A stretch of DNA of 52,377 nt, filler included, from Circinaria calcarea (taxonomy: Eukaryota): assembly GCA_051942165.1 (NCBI GenBank). It is 2 parts of 2 records of this genome, joined end to end, with 100 filler letters (N's around TTAATTAATTAA, not from the genome) between each part and the next. Parts side by side here need not be neighbours in the genome. Positions count along the whole stretch, not along the records: positions 26,295 to 52,377 come from JAVECS010000085.1; 1 more part is not named here. One strand, written 5' to 3'. The notes under the pieces are model-generated. The model saw only the letters and a program-made list of their open reading frames with translations, did not search any database and was not told where the DNA came from. The position numbers and the translations under genes were made by a program. Shown piece after piece: positions 27,138-40,070 of the stretch; the first letter of the stretch is position 1, and every line of letters starts with the position of its first letter.

Positions 27138-28692
27138 TCATGCATCATCCTTACCACCGCTTCCCTCATTCTTGGGTTGGATTGCTCGACCCAAGCTTTC
27201 GATGTTGCGGCCGGCGTGGGCCGCTGCTGAATCCGCGGTCGCACTTGCATTCTCCAATACTTTGCTTGCAACAGCCTGAGCTCCATCGTATGCCTTGTCT
27301 GTCGTTTTAGCAACCGTTTCCTTGGTAGCTGTCACAGTAGGCTCTAACGATGTTCTAGTAGACTCCATAGCCGCTTTCATAGATTCATACACCGTAGATG
27401 ATTGTGTGGAAGCCTCTCTTGCCAGGCTTTGGCCTTTATTGCTCAGAGCTTCAGCGCCATCTTTCACTTTATCAATCGATGCTTGGGTTTGCGCCTTCGT
27501 CATATCCACTAGTTGCGGAGGGCTAGGGTACCTCTTCAATAGCTTCAGGATCGTGTAATAGAGCTGGATGATCAATTTGTGAACAGCTTCTTTGATGATC
27601 ATTGTGAGGCCATGGCCGAAAAACCCTTTCAACACCTCTCCACTGAGACCTTCGTAAAGGGCTGAGATGCCTTCATTGCGTGCGATATATAAGATGGTGC
27701 TGAAGACGGTACTCCGAACTGCTCTGCGACCACTCTTTGTACCCCCTATTTTGCCATCCGAGGCTTTATCTAAAGATTCCTTAATCTCGGTGTCATTGGT
27801 ATCAACGCTATCTGAAGACGCTTGTGCACGAGCTTTTGCAAGGGAGAAGGGGTATGTAATCGATGAAGCAATGGCTTTACTCATAGCAGCCAAAAGAAAG
27901 GTTGCCTGTGGCGCTGGATTCGATTGTTGGTTGCGTGAGAGCAACACACGCTTAAGAGTTTCGTAGAAAAAGAATGTAAGAGACGGATTGAGTGTTAGAA
28001 CAAGACTGGCAGAGTACCCCGACCAAAATCCTTGGAGGCCTTTCTCCGAGTAAATATCCTTGGCGATCGAGCGTGTTGTAGCTGGCTTCGTAGAAATATT
28101 AGGAGTATGTACAGAAAGCATTGATGACGTTTGTTTCCGGGTCACAATGTTCGCCAGCGGCGTCGTCAATAATTTCGCAAATGCGCCTGCGAAGAATCCG
28201 ATACTCAACTCATCTAAGACTGGCAAATGCTTGGAAGATCCACTTTGAGACCGAAGACGAGATTGCCGAAGGAAGTTGTACGCCAGGAAGAAGAGAAATG
28301 AATCCGCAATGGTTTTGGACGTGCTGTGGAGGACGCCGGTGTAAAGTCCGAGGACACCGCCCTCCTGAGCGTAGATCTTTTCGGCTGTATCCCGAATGGA
28401 CTTGTACCCATCTGAGTGAGGGGATGCGGTATCCTTGCTTAGTTGGCGTTGAATCTGGAGACGAGTAACGATCAGATCGAGAGGATAGGTGAAGATATTG
28501 GAGATAGCTGCTCCTGTAGATCCGGCCACTGCATGCCCTACTGCGGGAAGGGTAGGGCCGCCGAGGACCGAGTGGGTTTCCTCATGGATCTTGTGGTAGA
28601 GAGTGAACGCATCCTACACGCAAGAAATCAGTCTGGCTTCGACATAAGCTGTTGTTGTTCCATACCACTTGACTGTTGTAAATTTCCGCCAT
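27138..28692 (-). CDS. ANT1: Mitochondrial-carrier-family protein, peroxisomal adenine nucleotide transporter type
   Basis: Three carrier repeats with signature-like motifs YPLDLIVTRLQ, TPLANIVTRKQ and YPFSLAKARAQ, plus LTLNPSLTF. Short first exon MAEIYNSQV, one intron, and a helical C-terminal extension. Confidence 0.8.
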
Positions 28693-29936
28693 TTTCAGTA
28701 GATGCCCCTCTAGCTCGGTAAGATCAAATCAGATTCTAGCATACTTCGAGGTCATCCTAAGCTGCGCAGCAAGACAAGCTCGCGAAGATCCTACAGATTA
28801 AATAATTGAGGCATCGTCCAGGAACCCCGACCTTTAACGTACGGAGCCTCGAGAGACCCCTCGGCTTCGAGTCCACAAACGTCATCCTACCGTCGATTTG
28901 TCCCGCGGCTACCCCGGATTTCGCTTCAGGCATGTGCTTGAAGCCAACGCGTGCCTGGCATCCTCGTAAGGTTAGGGCTTAGCAAGTTAGCCAACCTATT
29001 AGATGTTCCAGCTTTCCCAATATCTCATGAGATACCGGGTGTATATTGTAAGAGAGGATTTGTTGCCTCTACGCTTGGCCGGAGTATCGGATTACATTTC
29101 GTTCCTACTTGATGCAATGAAAGTCGGAGGGGCCATCTAGATCTTGTATTCGCAGCTCATTGGATCAAACTGTGTGGTTTCTCAGTGAGATCAATAGCTC
29201 ACCGATTTCAGATGTCCAGTTACAGCAATAGGGGGATGATCTCGGTGCCATACGATGCTAAGTATTTTCAAAACACAGTTTATTAGCATAGAATATGATG
29301 ACTGCACGTGGTAAAGGTATATTAGACCTACCAGAACCGCTGCAATAATGCTGATAAGTTCCAGGTGTGAATCCTTTACCACGCTTGAATGCGGCAAAGT
29401 GAGCAAATTACACGAGCTATGAAAATGGCCTTAGATGATGTCTACGTTATTGTTTCTTATTAATAAGGAGGGCTTACGAACGTGAGGTATAGGAGACACA
29501 TGCATTGCACTACCTTGAATTCTCATCTATGGTTCTATCCGGTTGCTGAGTTGTACAGACCCTGAAGTAAACAGCACTAGCAGATGATTTAGGACATCAA
29601 TAAGTCCGTTGACCAACTGTTCTCTCATATCGAGCCGTACAATGTTTCAGGACCTTGAAGAGGCCAGCTTCATCAGAGCCGAAAGTGCTCCTCATTTCGA
29701 TAGGTCTTTGGTTCGAGCCGATCGATGTATTGCCTGTAGGATCATGTTGCAATACGGAATGATGTGTCGTTCAAGCTGCTTCTCTCCCAAGTACATTACT
29801 CGACGTATAGATGATCTCTGATCGAGGGACATCATGAAAGCCCGGTTGGGTTTCGCGTAATATTAGTAACCCGACGGAGGACTCCGTATCTGAGTTTCAT
29901 ACGATATCGAACGACCGAGGGCGTGGTTCATTTCCA

Positions 29937-31047
29937 TCAGCTTTGATCGGAGCCTGGGGTCGCAATGATGCCTTCAGCATATAGCTTTGCTTCTTCTTCA
30001 ATTCGAGTCACACTGATCCGTCCGCTCTCCAACGCATTCCGTACTCCCTCGACTACTTCCCTCTCTTCCATGACTTCACCCATGACCTCGCCCTCCTTTC
30101 TCCAATAATTTTCAGCCTTCCTTCTCAAGTTCTCATCTCTCACAGTCACATTTCTTACGATCCCCACGGCTCCCAATTTTCCTCTTGTATTTTCTAGGGT
30201 TCTAGTAACCTCTTCGAGCCTTTCCGCAGAGCTTATAGGAATAACGAAGATCCTGTTGGTAGAAGAAGCCCAGAGCAGACCAGCAAGCCCTACATCAACG
30301 AGTGTAATAACCAAACCGCGGAAAATACGCATTCGCCAGTAAAAGTGGTCAAGATCTTGAGGTCGGAGGACACGAGCGTTGGCTTTCCAGTCATGTGCTC
30401 CGAAGAAATAGCACTCAGCAGCCACTAGTACCATCCCAATGAGTGCAGCAGGTGTTCTCCATCGAGACCCTTCTTTGCCAGAGATAGCTGATGAGGTGGC
30501 AAGGCCTAATGCACAAAAGTTGAGCAAATAGGGTAGAACTATGGATGGAAGGGCATAGTAGAGGTAGCTCTGAGGGTCATCAGAGTTGCAAAAGGGGCAA
30601 TCAGCCAAGGTGGACGGGCCAAACGTCAGGTAGAGACAGCGACCATCTAGAGAGGCGAGACGGTTGCGAAGAGCATGGTCGGTAGCTGTGAGTGTATTGT
30701 TCGGACGAAGAGAAGTAAGGCGGGTGAAGAGAACGTCAGATGGCGTCTGAAGGCGAGAGGAAGTCAAAGTGAAGATGTTCTCGGGAGCAAAGTTGGGGAG
30801 AGTCGAAAGTAGGGCAATCGTACTAGCCACGAAGAGGATATTGAGAGCATTGCGAACACGCTTAGGTGCAGGTCGTATGGGTAATGGCGAAGTCTGGGCT
30901 TGTGTGCGAATGCTTCTAAAGTAGGATATCAGGCGGGGGATTAGGAAAGGACCTAAAGTAAAGAGAAGAGTCTGTACACTGTGTTCGAATTAGCCACGAC
31001 CTTTGAACTATGTTGATCTTCCATACCTACGTCTGTATGCTAATCAT
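29937..31047 (-). CDS. Conserved fungal multi-pass membrane protein of unknown function (CPFC motif)
   Basis: Short exon MISIQT spliced to VQTLLFTLGPFLIPRL... and the 297-aa ORF. Several hydrophobic segments, YLTFGPSTLADCPFC, charged C-terminal helix. Confidence 0.8.
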
Positions 31048-31601
31048 ATTGCTGGTGATCTCCAAAGTGGGTTGTCGGACCCATCAGGGGGTGTATTTGC
31101 ATCTTAAATGGCATAGCCGCGAATGACAGATATCGAAATGTGGTCTAAGCGCACGAATAAAATCCTATTCTTGTGGCCTATCCACTCCGATGTTCTTTTC
31201 CTTCATCACCTCGATATTTTCTAAATCCAGGCAGATAACGTTGTCTGCCGGCCACCAGCTCAAGATGCATGAAGAGCAACTACAATGTCATTGTGGAGCG
31301 TCCTAAACTCGAGTTGGATCTGCTCAACCCAATTTCCGCACTAATCACTCATAACGTTACCGCCAATACTTATTTACTGAGTACGGCACTTTCGAAGCTT
31401 TGGCGAACCTTTTCTCCATGTTCACTCAGAGTCAAAAAGAAATGCCAACATCGACCATGCAAGCCTCTGCCAAGGGGCATCTCACTTCGTGTTGCAGAAT
31501 CACAGCGAAGGCCATGACAGATTTTGCGTCAATAAGATGAGAAACAAATTCAGAATAGAAGTTCAGATCCACTGGTCTTCCAGCATCTGCCATTGTGAAA
31601 T

Positions 31602-32395
31602 CTAAAGCTCCTTTTTCACTCCTTGCCCTCCGCCTCTCCCACCCATTTTCATGGCCTCCTTCTGCTTCGCAGGGCTTTCCCTCAACTGCTTCACCAAAAC
31701 CCATGATGCCATTACTGCTATACTCGCCAGCCGCACCACAGTACCGCAAGCGATGCCCCAAACTTGTATGCTAACACTCCCCGTTGGCGCTCTCGGAAAC
31801 GCAAGTATCCATTCCACGTATGACGGCACCCACCCCTTTGGTAGCCAGAACATCGGCTGCCTTGCGAACCAGAACTGCAAGAAAACACGTAGACCGTTTG
31901 TGCCGAGCCAGCGAGCTATGAAGACGGTGCTATCGAAGGAAGCCTTGAAGGCTTCAAGGGATTGTGCTGTAAACAATTACACGCATTCAGTAAAGTGTTT
32001 TGTTCAACCCAATGTCCATAATGAACTAAGACCAACTCACACTTCTGCTCATATTCCGCCAGCGTCTTATCATGCTGCCTCCGCAGCTTCGCCCATTTCG
32101 CAAACTGGTCCTGGGAGCTTGTGGCATTCAACTCGCGCTTCAGCCGGACGACCTCACGACTGAGTACCGTCTGAGATTTGACATCCGCGGAGGTAGAAGT
32201 CGGTAGCTTGTTGTATATGACCCATAGCTATCACCATATCAGTTAGACAATAGCCTATCTAACTGTCGTGGCATTTCAGCCCCACTGCTCGAAAACCGGA
32301 GACAATACCAAACTGTTGATTGCCGCCGCGCCAACTGTATTCACAAGGTGAATCACCAGCTGTAGGATAAACACTACCAGCAGAAGGGAAGGCAT
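31602..32395 (-). CDS. GET1: Guided entry of tail-anchored proteins factor 1 (WRB/CHD5 family)
   Basis: [23 protein letters not shown]..., [50 protein letters not shown] and C-terminal KKEL. Three exons. Confidence 0.93.
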
Positions 32396-32567
32396 ATTGA
32401 CGGATGCTTACTGCTCTGTGGTGGGATTCGAACCGCAAAAAGCTTCGATGCGCCTTCTACGACATGCTTCGCCAAAGAAAACCCCCCCATGTATCAGCCC
32501 TACGCCCCAAGCACCCCTCCCTCCCTTCCGCATCTCCCCCTCCACACCATCGATACCTACAGTACAC

Positions 32568-33644
32568 ATGTCAACGGGCTCCCCTTCCACTTCACCACCG
32601 CACCACCCCCAATTCATCTACGCAGTTCTCACCACCTACCTAACCGCCCACACGCACTCCATCCTCTCAATCGAAATCCTCCCCTCCTCCTACCCGTCCC
32701 CCAACCTCCTCGCCGATGGCACCAACCTCGGTCTCCCAAAAAAATCTCTAGTTCAAGCCTTCCTCATCGCGCGACAGGTTCTATTCTCCCGCCTCCATGA
32801 CAACCATTGGGGCAATGGCAATGAACCCTCCGCAAGCGAAAGCAGCGATGCCTCCCTCGAAGCAGCCACCAAGATCCTCCTCCTCTACAACCCCGAACAC
32901 CTAACCGCCGCCAACGCGCGTAAACACCATCTCCGTTCCCTTCTTCCCACCGCAACCTCCACTTCCACCTCCCCACCGTCAGCGCTCCCACAACCCCCGG
33001 CCGCCCTAACCTCCGACCTCGCCTTCTCAACCACCCTCCTCACGTCCCCGCTGCCGCGCCATGCGAAATCGCCCACGCTATGGTCGCACCGCTACTGGCT
33101 GCTAAAAACCTACCGCTCAGCTCTCGTCCGCTCTGGCTCTGGCTCTGGCGCCGCAGACGGCAACAGCACGCACCAAGGGTACGGCACACTGCTCGAGGAA
33201 GAAATCAGCACGGTCCTCCGAGCCGGCGAGAGGCACCCGGCAAACTACCACGCCTTTCTGTATGCGAGGCGGATCGTGTTGCTTCTGGAGCGTCAAAAGC
33301 CAGAGCCAGAGCCCGAGACCGAGACCGAGACCGAGACCGAGGACGTACGGGCCAGGATTACAAACACGGTACATAAATGGTGTCTAGCCCACCCGCGGGA
33401 TATCTCCGGCTGGGGCTTCCTCGCCTTTTGGTTGGATCCTAGCTTCCGCTTCCGCGGAGGCGAAAGCCAAAGCGACAGCGAAATGGTGAATCAAACCGTG
33501 CTGGACGCAGTTATCCAGCGAACAGAAGCATTCGTCCGAGATCTAGACTGGAGGGGCAAAAGCGTGCAGTGGTTCCTCTCCAGGATGAAGTTACGCGGCC
33601 AAGGCATCCAGGAGGCGGAGCACGGCATAAGACAGACAGGATGA
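32568..33644 (+). CDS. Protein prenyltransferase alpha-subunit repeat protein (PTAR1/Ecm9-like)
   Basis: Motifs LLYNPEHLTAANARK, HAKSPTLWSHRYWLL, AGERHPANYHAFLYAR and WCLAHPRDISGWGFL. Single exon. First ATG at 32568. Confidence 0.8.
   Translation: MSTGSPSTSPPHHPQFIYAVLTTYLTAHTHSILSIEILPSSYPSPNLLADGTNLGLPKKSLVQAFLIARQVLFSRLHDNHWGNGNEPSASESSDASLEAATKILLLYNPEHLTAANARKHHLRSLLPTATSTSTSPPSALPQPPAALTSDLAFSTTLLTSPLPRHAKSPTLWSHRYWLLKTYRSALVRSGSGSGAADGNSTHQGYGTLLEEEISTVLRAGERHPANYHAFLYARRIVLLLERQKPEPEPETETETETEDVRARITNTVHKWCLAHPRDISGWGFLAFWLDPSFRFRGGESQSDSEMVNQTVLDAVIQRTEAFVRDLDWRGKSVQWFLSRMKLRGQGIQEAEHGIRQTG
33297..33341 (+). repeat. Coding hexamer repeat (GAGCCA/GAGACC)n giving PEPEPETETETETE
   Basis: Read directly in sequence and translation. 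Confidence 0.8.
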
Positions 33645-34262
33645 ATAAATACACTCATAGTTTTTTTTCCCCTTTCTTTCTCGATTTCCCATTCGGGAAA
33701 ATATTTTTGGTACATGTATTTATTCGTTTCTACCTAGTGACCGAGATCTCGAGACCGGGGAAAGAAGGGGGGAAAAAGGGGCAAAAGGGGCAAAAACCGC
33801 CGTTTTCATTTTTCCCCTTTGCCTGTATGGATGCTTTCTTTCGCTTTACCCGTCTCATGCATGGATGGCCAAGAAGAAAGAACCTTTCAGGTAACCTATC
33901 CATCCAGCCAACCGGCCAAACCGGCTGTCCCCTTATCTAGCTAGATAGACGAATCCAACCTCCGTGCATATGCGTCTAGCGTCTAGTATGTGTTTTTTTT
34001 TTCCAACGCCCTGATTCGCCCCAAAAACGAAAACCCCATCCAATTAGCCCCCTTTGGAAGATTGTCAATATGACAGAATGACAATGATATCTATCCAAAG
34101 CCAGGTTGCTTCCTTTTTCCAAGAAGAAAAAAAAAAAAAAGAAAAAAAAGTGCCCCTCCTCCCTTGTTCTGCGGACAAATGAATACGTATGGAAATAGAA
34201 ACGTTATCATGTAATTCTTGATGTCTCTTTTCCCTTTTCCTTTTCCTTTATTCGGCATGTTT

Positions 34263-37200
34263 TCATATGTTGATTCCCTGTTCCGGCGGTGAATGCGAAA
34301 GTCCATTCATCCTGGCGCTCGGCCCCAACATGGATGGTATTGGTTTCCGTCGAGCTCTAGTGGTGCAGATTCGTGGTGCTCCCTGGATAACACGAGGCTC
34401 TTTCATCAATGTCGGATCGAGTTTGGCCGGTACTACGGTACCCTATCAGCATTGACCAAAACACACATCTAACCGGAACAGATTTGGAACAATACTCACT
34501 CCTTGTGATGATTGACCGGTAGTCCCCAGGGAACTTTCCGGTCGGAGGGGTTGCTGCTGCAGAGCGCCAAAGGTGATCGGATGTATCGGAAAGGAAGCTG
34601 GTGCTGGACTTGCCGAAAAACGATGCACGTCCACGGTTCCGTTTCGAGAGGATTACTTGGTCGAAGAGCATGATGGTCGGATCATAAGCCGGTTTCGTCT
34701 CTCGTTCGTGAATGAACTCGTTGAAGCCTGAACTTGAATTAGGACAGACCCTCCTGAATGCGAAGCGAGGAATAGCAACTTACCTTGCGTTTGCAGCAGC
34801 ACATTTACATAGTCCGCGTTCTCGTGTGGCAGGCTTCTGAGAAAGCCGTCCATATCAAAATGGTAGAGCATCCCAGCTTTCTTCTGGTCACCTGTAGTAG
34901 GTTGCAAAAATTTCCTATACGTGTAAAACAGGCTTGCAAAGCACCGCACGAAAGCTGCGCGCACCTGCTCTGGATGAAAAGCCGAAGTACAAACCAAGCA
35001 AATTTGCGGTGCGCATCTGCCATGAGAGTTGATTCCACAACCTGCGCACCTGTAGATACCATCTTCTCCTTTTTCATCACAGATAGCACAGACAGCCCTG
35101 TCGTCGTGAGGGTACCATCTTAACTCGTGGCCCTCAATCCAGGATGTTGTCTCGGTGTTTCGCACCGGCTGCATTAGCAAGCCTGGCATAACCGTAGAAG
35201 CTGCGAGAGTAGACTGAGCATATGTGGACGGAGCATAATTAGATGTCTGGCTGTCGGTTGATATGGTCGTCACGGAAAGATTAGAAGAATGGCCACCAAA
35301 CGGTACGCTGGGCCGTCGTAACGTAGGTTTCCGATCAAAACCAAAGGACGAACTTCTCCTCGATGTAGCATCAAAGTGACCTGACCGCTTTTCTCGAAGC
35401 GTGGCTTGCAAGGCAATCCCGGAGTCGTTACGAGAGATAGGCGTACTGGGCAGAGATGGAAAAGAACCGGAGGTAGGGGATAGCGACGGAGGTGAATTGC
35501 CTCTCGTCGCAGTACCGGTCATCGTTCGGTCATGAGCACGTTGATTTTCAAGTCTAGACTGTACGAATGCGTTAAAGACGGGTGGCCTCGGAGCGGGCGT
35601 TGACTCGTTCTCTCCAAACGAGGCCGAATTCAAGCTCGCATACTTGGCCAGCGACGTCGGAGGGGGATTGCTTGTGAAGATAGTAGGATTTTCCGAAGAA
35701 AATGCATCAAAAGGGAAGCTCTCCACGGCGTACGCAGGTGGCCCAGGACGGATACCATAGCGGTTGTGGTGGGGCGCGGCCAATTGCAACAAAGATATTA
35801 GCTTTCGGCGTTGCTGCCGAGGCAAAGGCGATGGCCTCGTCGTGCTCTCTATCTCATCTTGGTCCAGATCCACAAGTACGAAATCGTCCTCAGGAAGGTC
35901 GACCCTTTCGTAACGACGCTCGATCCCGACGATGTAAGGGCATGGGGCTTCGATGGCTTGTATGAGGCGAGCAGGAAGGACGGGGATAAAGATGCCTGAC
36001 CAGGTGAGAGGATAGAGGAGTTCGACAAGAGCTTTGCTTGCCAGATGCAGCATCGAAGTGTGAGACGAGAGAAGGATAATACGGGATTCCGCTAACGCAA
36101 ACTATTTAGAGGTCAGTGGCAATTCGCATATATAGATGGACTGAATTCAACCTCAAACAAAACAACTATATTGGGTATCGATAACGCCCGAAACAATGCA
36201 TAAATGTCAGTCTAGGAGGCGAGTTAGCAACTACCCAGTAGGATTGTCATGGAGCATCCTTACACTACGTGAGCCCGGTAGCTCGTTGATGGCCTCCTTC
36301 CGTGCAAACAGTCTCAAATCTCTGATGGCTATCTCTACTTGGGTCTTCGAGGAAGTAGGGCTCAAGGCCTCTGCACACAAATTGATAACGTATCTTTCTA
36401 GAGGTTGCCACATTCCAATTTTGGGGGAGCTCGGCGGGACCCGAAGTATACCACCGTTAGTCATTGGTACCACTACAGCCTTAAGCCATTCTTTCCAGAA
36501 GGTGGTGAGGGACGGATCGCGGCCAAGGATTCCATATGCTCTTGGGATCCACAGGCCGGTATCTCCGTCGGTTAGCCCATCGATTTTGCTGGCAGCGCCA
36601 TGTCGTACTGGACGTAACAAATCGGTCATGAGGCCAATTTTCTCCTCAACCCCACTGATATCGTCTTCAAGGTTGTCTCTGGCTATCGAACCCGAGGTCA
36701 CCGTAGGTAGCCTTGCCAACAAGCGAGAAAGCTTTGCCCGTTCCAACGCTAGTCTTTCTCCCAGGCTACTTGCCAATTCCCTTTCTTCTCCGGTCATATT
36801 ACTTCGCCTCCAGCCTTCACATTTGCGCTCCAGAGCTTCCGAAGCTCGTTGGTTCAGCGGCATCCACACGATGATGCATGTTGAGTAAAGCCTCGAGTTG
36901 TCGCTTGAAGTCATTGCAAACCCATGCCAGGTAGATCGGGGCCGCTCATCGGCAGATACAATGTTGACGTCGTTGGGGAAGGCAAACATTGGAACGTAGT
37001 CTGGGAAAGGTGCTCTTCGCTTGGTCTCTTCCACCATCCCTGGAGGTGGATATCTGTCCAGTAGCACCGGTTCAAACCTTCGCTTCAAGGGATGCATGTT
37101 GCCATCCAAGTTAAGGGGTTGCGGGTTGGGAATTACAGAGTTGTAGTTACTCAACCGCTTCGATGTGCGAATCGAGGCTGCGTTTGGCCTGTCAGCTTAC

Positions 37201-37898
37201 AACTGAGATGTAAATAACGAGGGCCATGTACCTACATTGCCTTGCAACCGAGTGTTGCCTCTTCAGACTGCTCATATCTCTAAATGAGATCCTCCGCCTA
37301 ATACTTCCAACCCCTAGCTTGAGGCCAGCAGCGTCTTCATTGGTAATCCTTTGAGTCTTAGGCCGTGGCTTTGGTCGATTAGGTGCCACGACCTCGGCGC
37401 TGAGGCTTAGATCTGATAGAAACGAATCTCGCTCGGAAGCAAACTTCCGTAGTGCCTTTTCAAAATCGACATCATTGAGTCCCGTCGTGCCGCTTATCTG
37501 GATACCCTTGATTGTTGCGCTGCTTCTATTACTATCCGAGCCTGTTTTATCCGGCGTGAGCGATATTGACTGGATTGAAAGCCGGGCGTCGTCAGAGAGT
37601 CGAGACAGGCGGTGATAGGAGCTTCGTTTAGAGTGTCGTGGTGTTGTTGGAGAGGATAAGGGCGCCCCTTGATCTGCCTCTGCTAGCTCGTCTTCCTTGA
37701 TCGTCGGTTCTACCGGCGTGGAAGGGGCAACTTTGTTGCCAGCGTCCACATCTTCGCCCCAATTGAGTTGCTCACTATCTACACCTATGGATTTTCAATA
37801 AGTGCTTTTGCAAAGGCCCAGGGCTTTTCCTGACCTGCAATGAAGAACCAGTCTGCCAAAGGCGCAGATGACGTTTGGATGGACAAAATAGGAGCCAT
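34263..37898 (-). CDS. DENN-domain protein (putative Rab GEF) with a C1-like zinc domain
   Basis: N-terminal APLADWFFIAG, uDENN HPLKRRFEPVLLDRYP...PMFAFP, DENN LLYPLTWSGIFIPVLP...EAPCPYIVGI, C1-like H..CAIC..CAGC..H..C..C and dDENN VRAAFVRCFASL. About 6 exons. Confidence 0.9.
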
Positions 37899-40070
37899 TG
37901 ATGGAGTTCTAAGCGGTTGGGTAAGGAGCGTGGGGGTGCTTCAAGCACTTGCGGAGCCTAACTATGGATTGTCTCGTTCATGGAGGAGTGTTTGTTTGGT
38001 AGATAATTGAGGTTTTGGTTTTATGCTTGACCGTGGATCGTGATAACAGAACGTCAGGCAGCAAAAAGTCCCGCTGCTCTTTCACCCTCGAAAATCTTCC
38101 TTGTGTTTCGAAGAATGTAAAAATATTCCAAGAGAAATGAGTGGAGCTTCAGCCAAGGCATGCAAGTCCGACAGCAAACGTCTTTGCGTCTGCGACTCTT
38201 TCAGCAAAGCCCATACGTTACCAGCGGATGCAGACGCACAATGCACAATGCACAATGCAGCTGCAAGCCTCCCTGTCGATGGCCGATCAGACGATGCGAT
38301 AACGTGACGCTCACTAAATTGGCTGGTGCCCCAGCTTGGATATCGCTAGACCTCTTTGAGGCGGTGATGTACTCGGTAGATCATCATCAGTTAGTCGCAT
38401 TCAGGGTAGAGTTGTGGAAATTGGAATGAGAATCTGGAGGCTAGAGATGCCGTGCTCACTGCTCGGGCGACAAGTTCTCGCACTACCATATGGTATCTAG
38501 GCGACAGGAGAGCAAAGGGTCCGGTCACTTGGGTACATTGGGAGATGCGCTTTCACGAAGGGCGAGCTGATGTTGCGCTTCCGACTGCGGCCACGCGTGG
38601 GAGGTCCTGTCTATTTTCGCTTGGGCATCAAATCTGCCAGGGATGATAGATGCCCATAAAAACCGGAGTTCGCAAGGCGGGGTCGGGATTATTCCTTTAC
38701 CCAGCCAGTGAGATAAGCCCGATACACTGTTCTATCCCTGACACTACCCCACTCGCACGATTCATGGCGCGGGAAGGCTAATCGCTTCAGGGACTTGTCA
38801 TGCCAGCACAGTGACAAGGGACGGCTATTGTTTCAGCTTAGTCGGAAAAAGGGGGGGAAATGATAGGGGTTTGTGGAACGCGTACTCCGTAGCCTCCGCG
38901 ATCTCGGGCTATCTATCGACTTGGTTCACCAGTTCTGTGTTTGGTGTCGGACGGTAATTTGCAAGACATGGCAGAAACCGTGTAACACGACCGAGCTCCT
39001 ATCATCTCTCCTGACAGAGTACACAGACAGGGCCAATTGACTACAACACTGACCACCCATAGGTAGAATTTCAGGGGCAGGTCGTTGCCTTTCCTCGCGC
39101 ACGTCGACCCTCGACCCTCGACTAGAATATCAAACGGCTCCGAGCAGAAGCAATCGGCTGTCCTTAACCGCTAGCTTGGAGACCTTAGGGCGCTTAGAGC
39201 CTGGAGATCAAGGGATGAAAAGGGGGACCCTTGATGATGATGCGTTGACAGATAGATTGATTGCCTATCCAGATTCCGGAAGCCAAAGCGCAGGCGTAAT
39301 TATCCCATGCCTGACTGATCCACGCCCGGGATCAGCCCTATCAGACTTCATTCATGGCGGCGTCTAACGCCGGAACGTCAAAGCAGCTGTGGAAGGAAAT
39401 ATGCAAGGGCCTGAAGCGACAACCACCATACTTCCAGCATATCTATTCTGCGCGCTAAGCGTAACTAACGTCCACAGCCAAAGGCATAGCTAAAACGTCC
39501 ATGGCCAGGATCTTGCGGAACAGAAAACCGAAAGCGTACCTGTACAAGAGGCTTCAGAGTCAGGAGAGAGCATAGGATATCGAACTTCTATTAAACTGTC
39601 CTAAATCTATTTAGTATGACTCGCCGGAGTTCTTTGTCCCCTGTACGACGTAATATGCAACAAGCTCTGCAGACTTGGCATCACAAGCTTCCATCCTCCT
39701 TCGCCTACCTCTTATCAAACCCCAACTCTTTACTGCTCCCGCTATTGTCCCCGCTTGACTTTGTCCGTATGTCCGTTAGATAGCCGCACGTTAAACATGT
39801 GACCGGGCCCTGGGCTGGTTCCACCGATCTCAACGCAGATCTAGAACCCGACACGTACCAGTGTAAATTCTATCGCGTACTTGTGTTTTAAACACGGTAT
39901 TATGCTCCCCAACATGATCACATACAGTGCTACGGAACTGAAGCAAATCCGCACATTAAATCTTGCATCTCGTTACTCCGCGCTGCACCAGCTCATAGCT
40001 TGCAGCATTACACCTCGTGCTTCGAATGTGAGGTACCCCAAGTTGAAAGAGTGTTCCATGTGTTGCTGTG

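Noticed and set aside
36196..36888. 230-aa + strand ORF, and similar antisense ORFs over SWS2, DED1, ANT1, GET1 and TRAPPC13
   Set aside because: Shadow frames opposite clearly conserved genes.
38238..38259. Short tandem repeats (CAATGCA x3; also TCGACCC near 39104 and AAGCTTAGACGC x2 near 49612)
   Set aside because: Ordinary short duplications with no spacer structure; no CRISPR-like array, tRNA or rRNA was recognised anywhere in the window.
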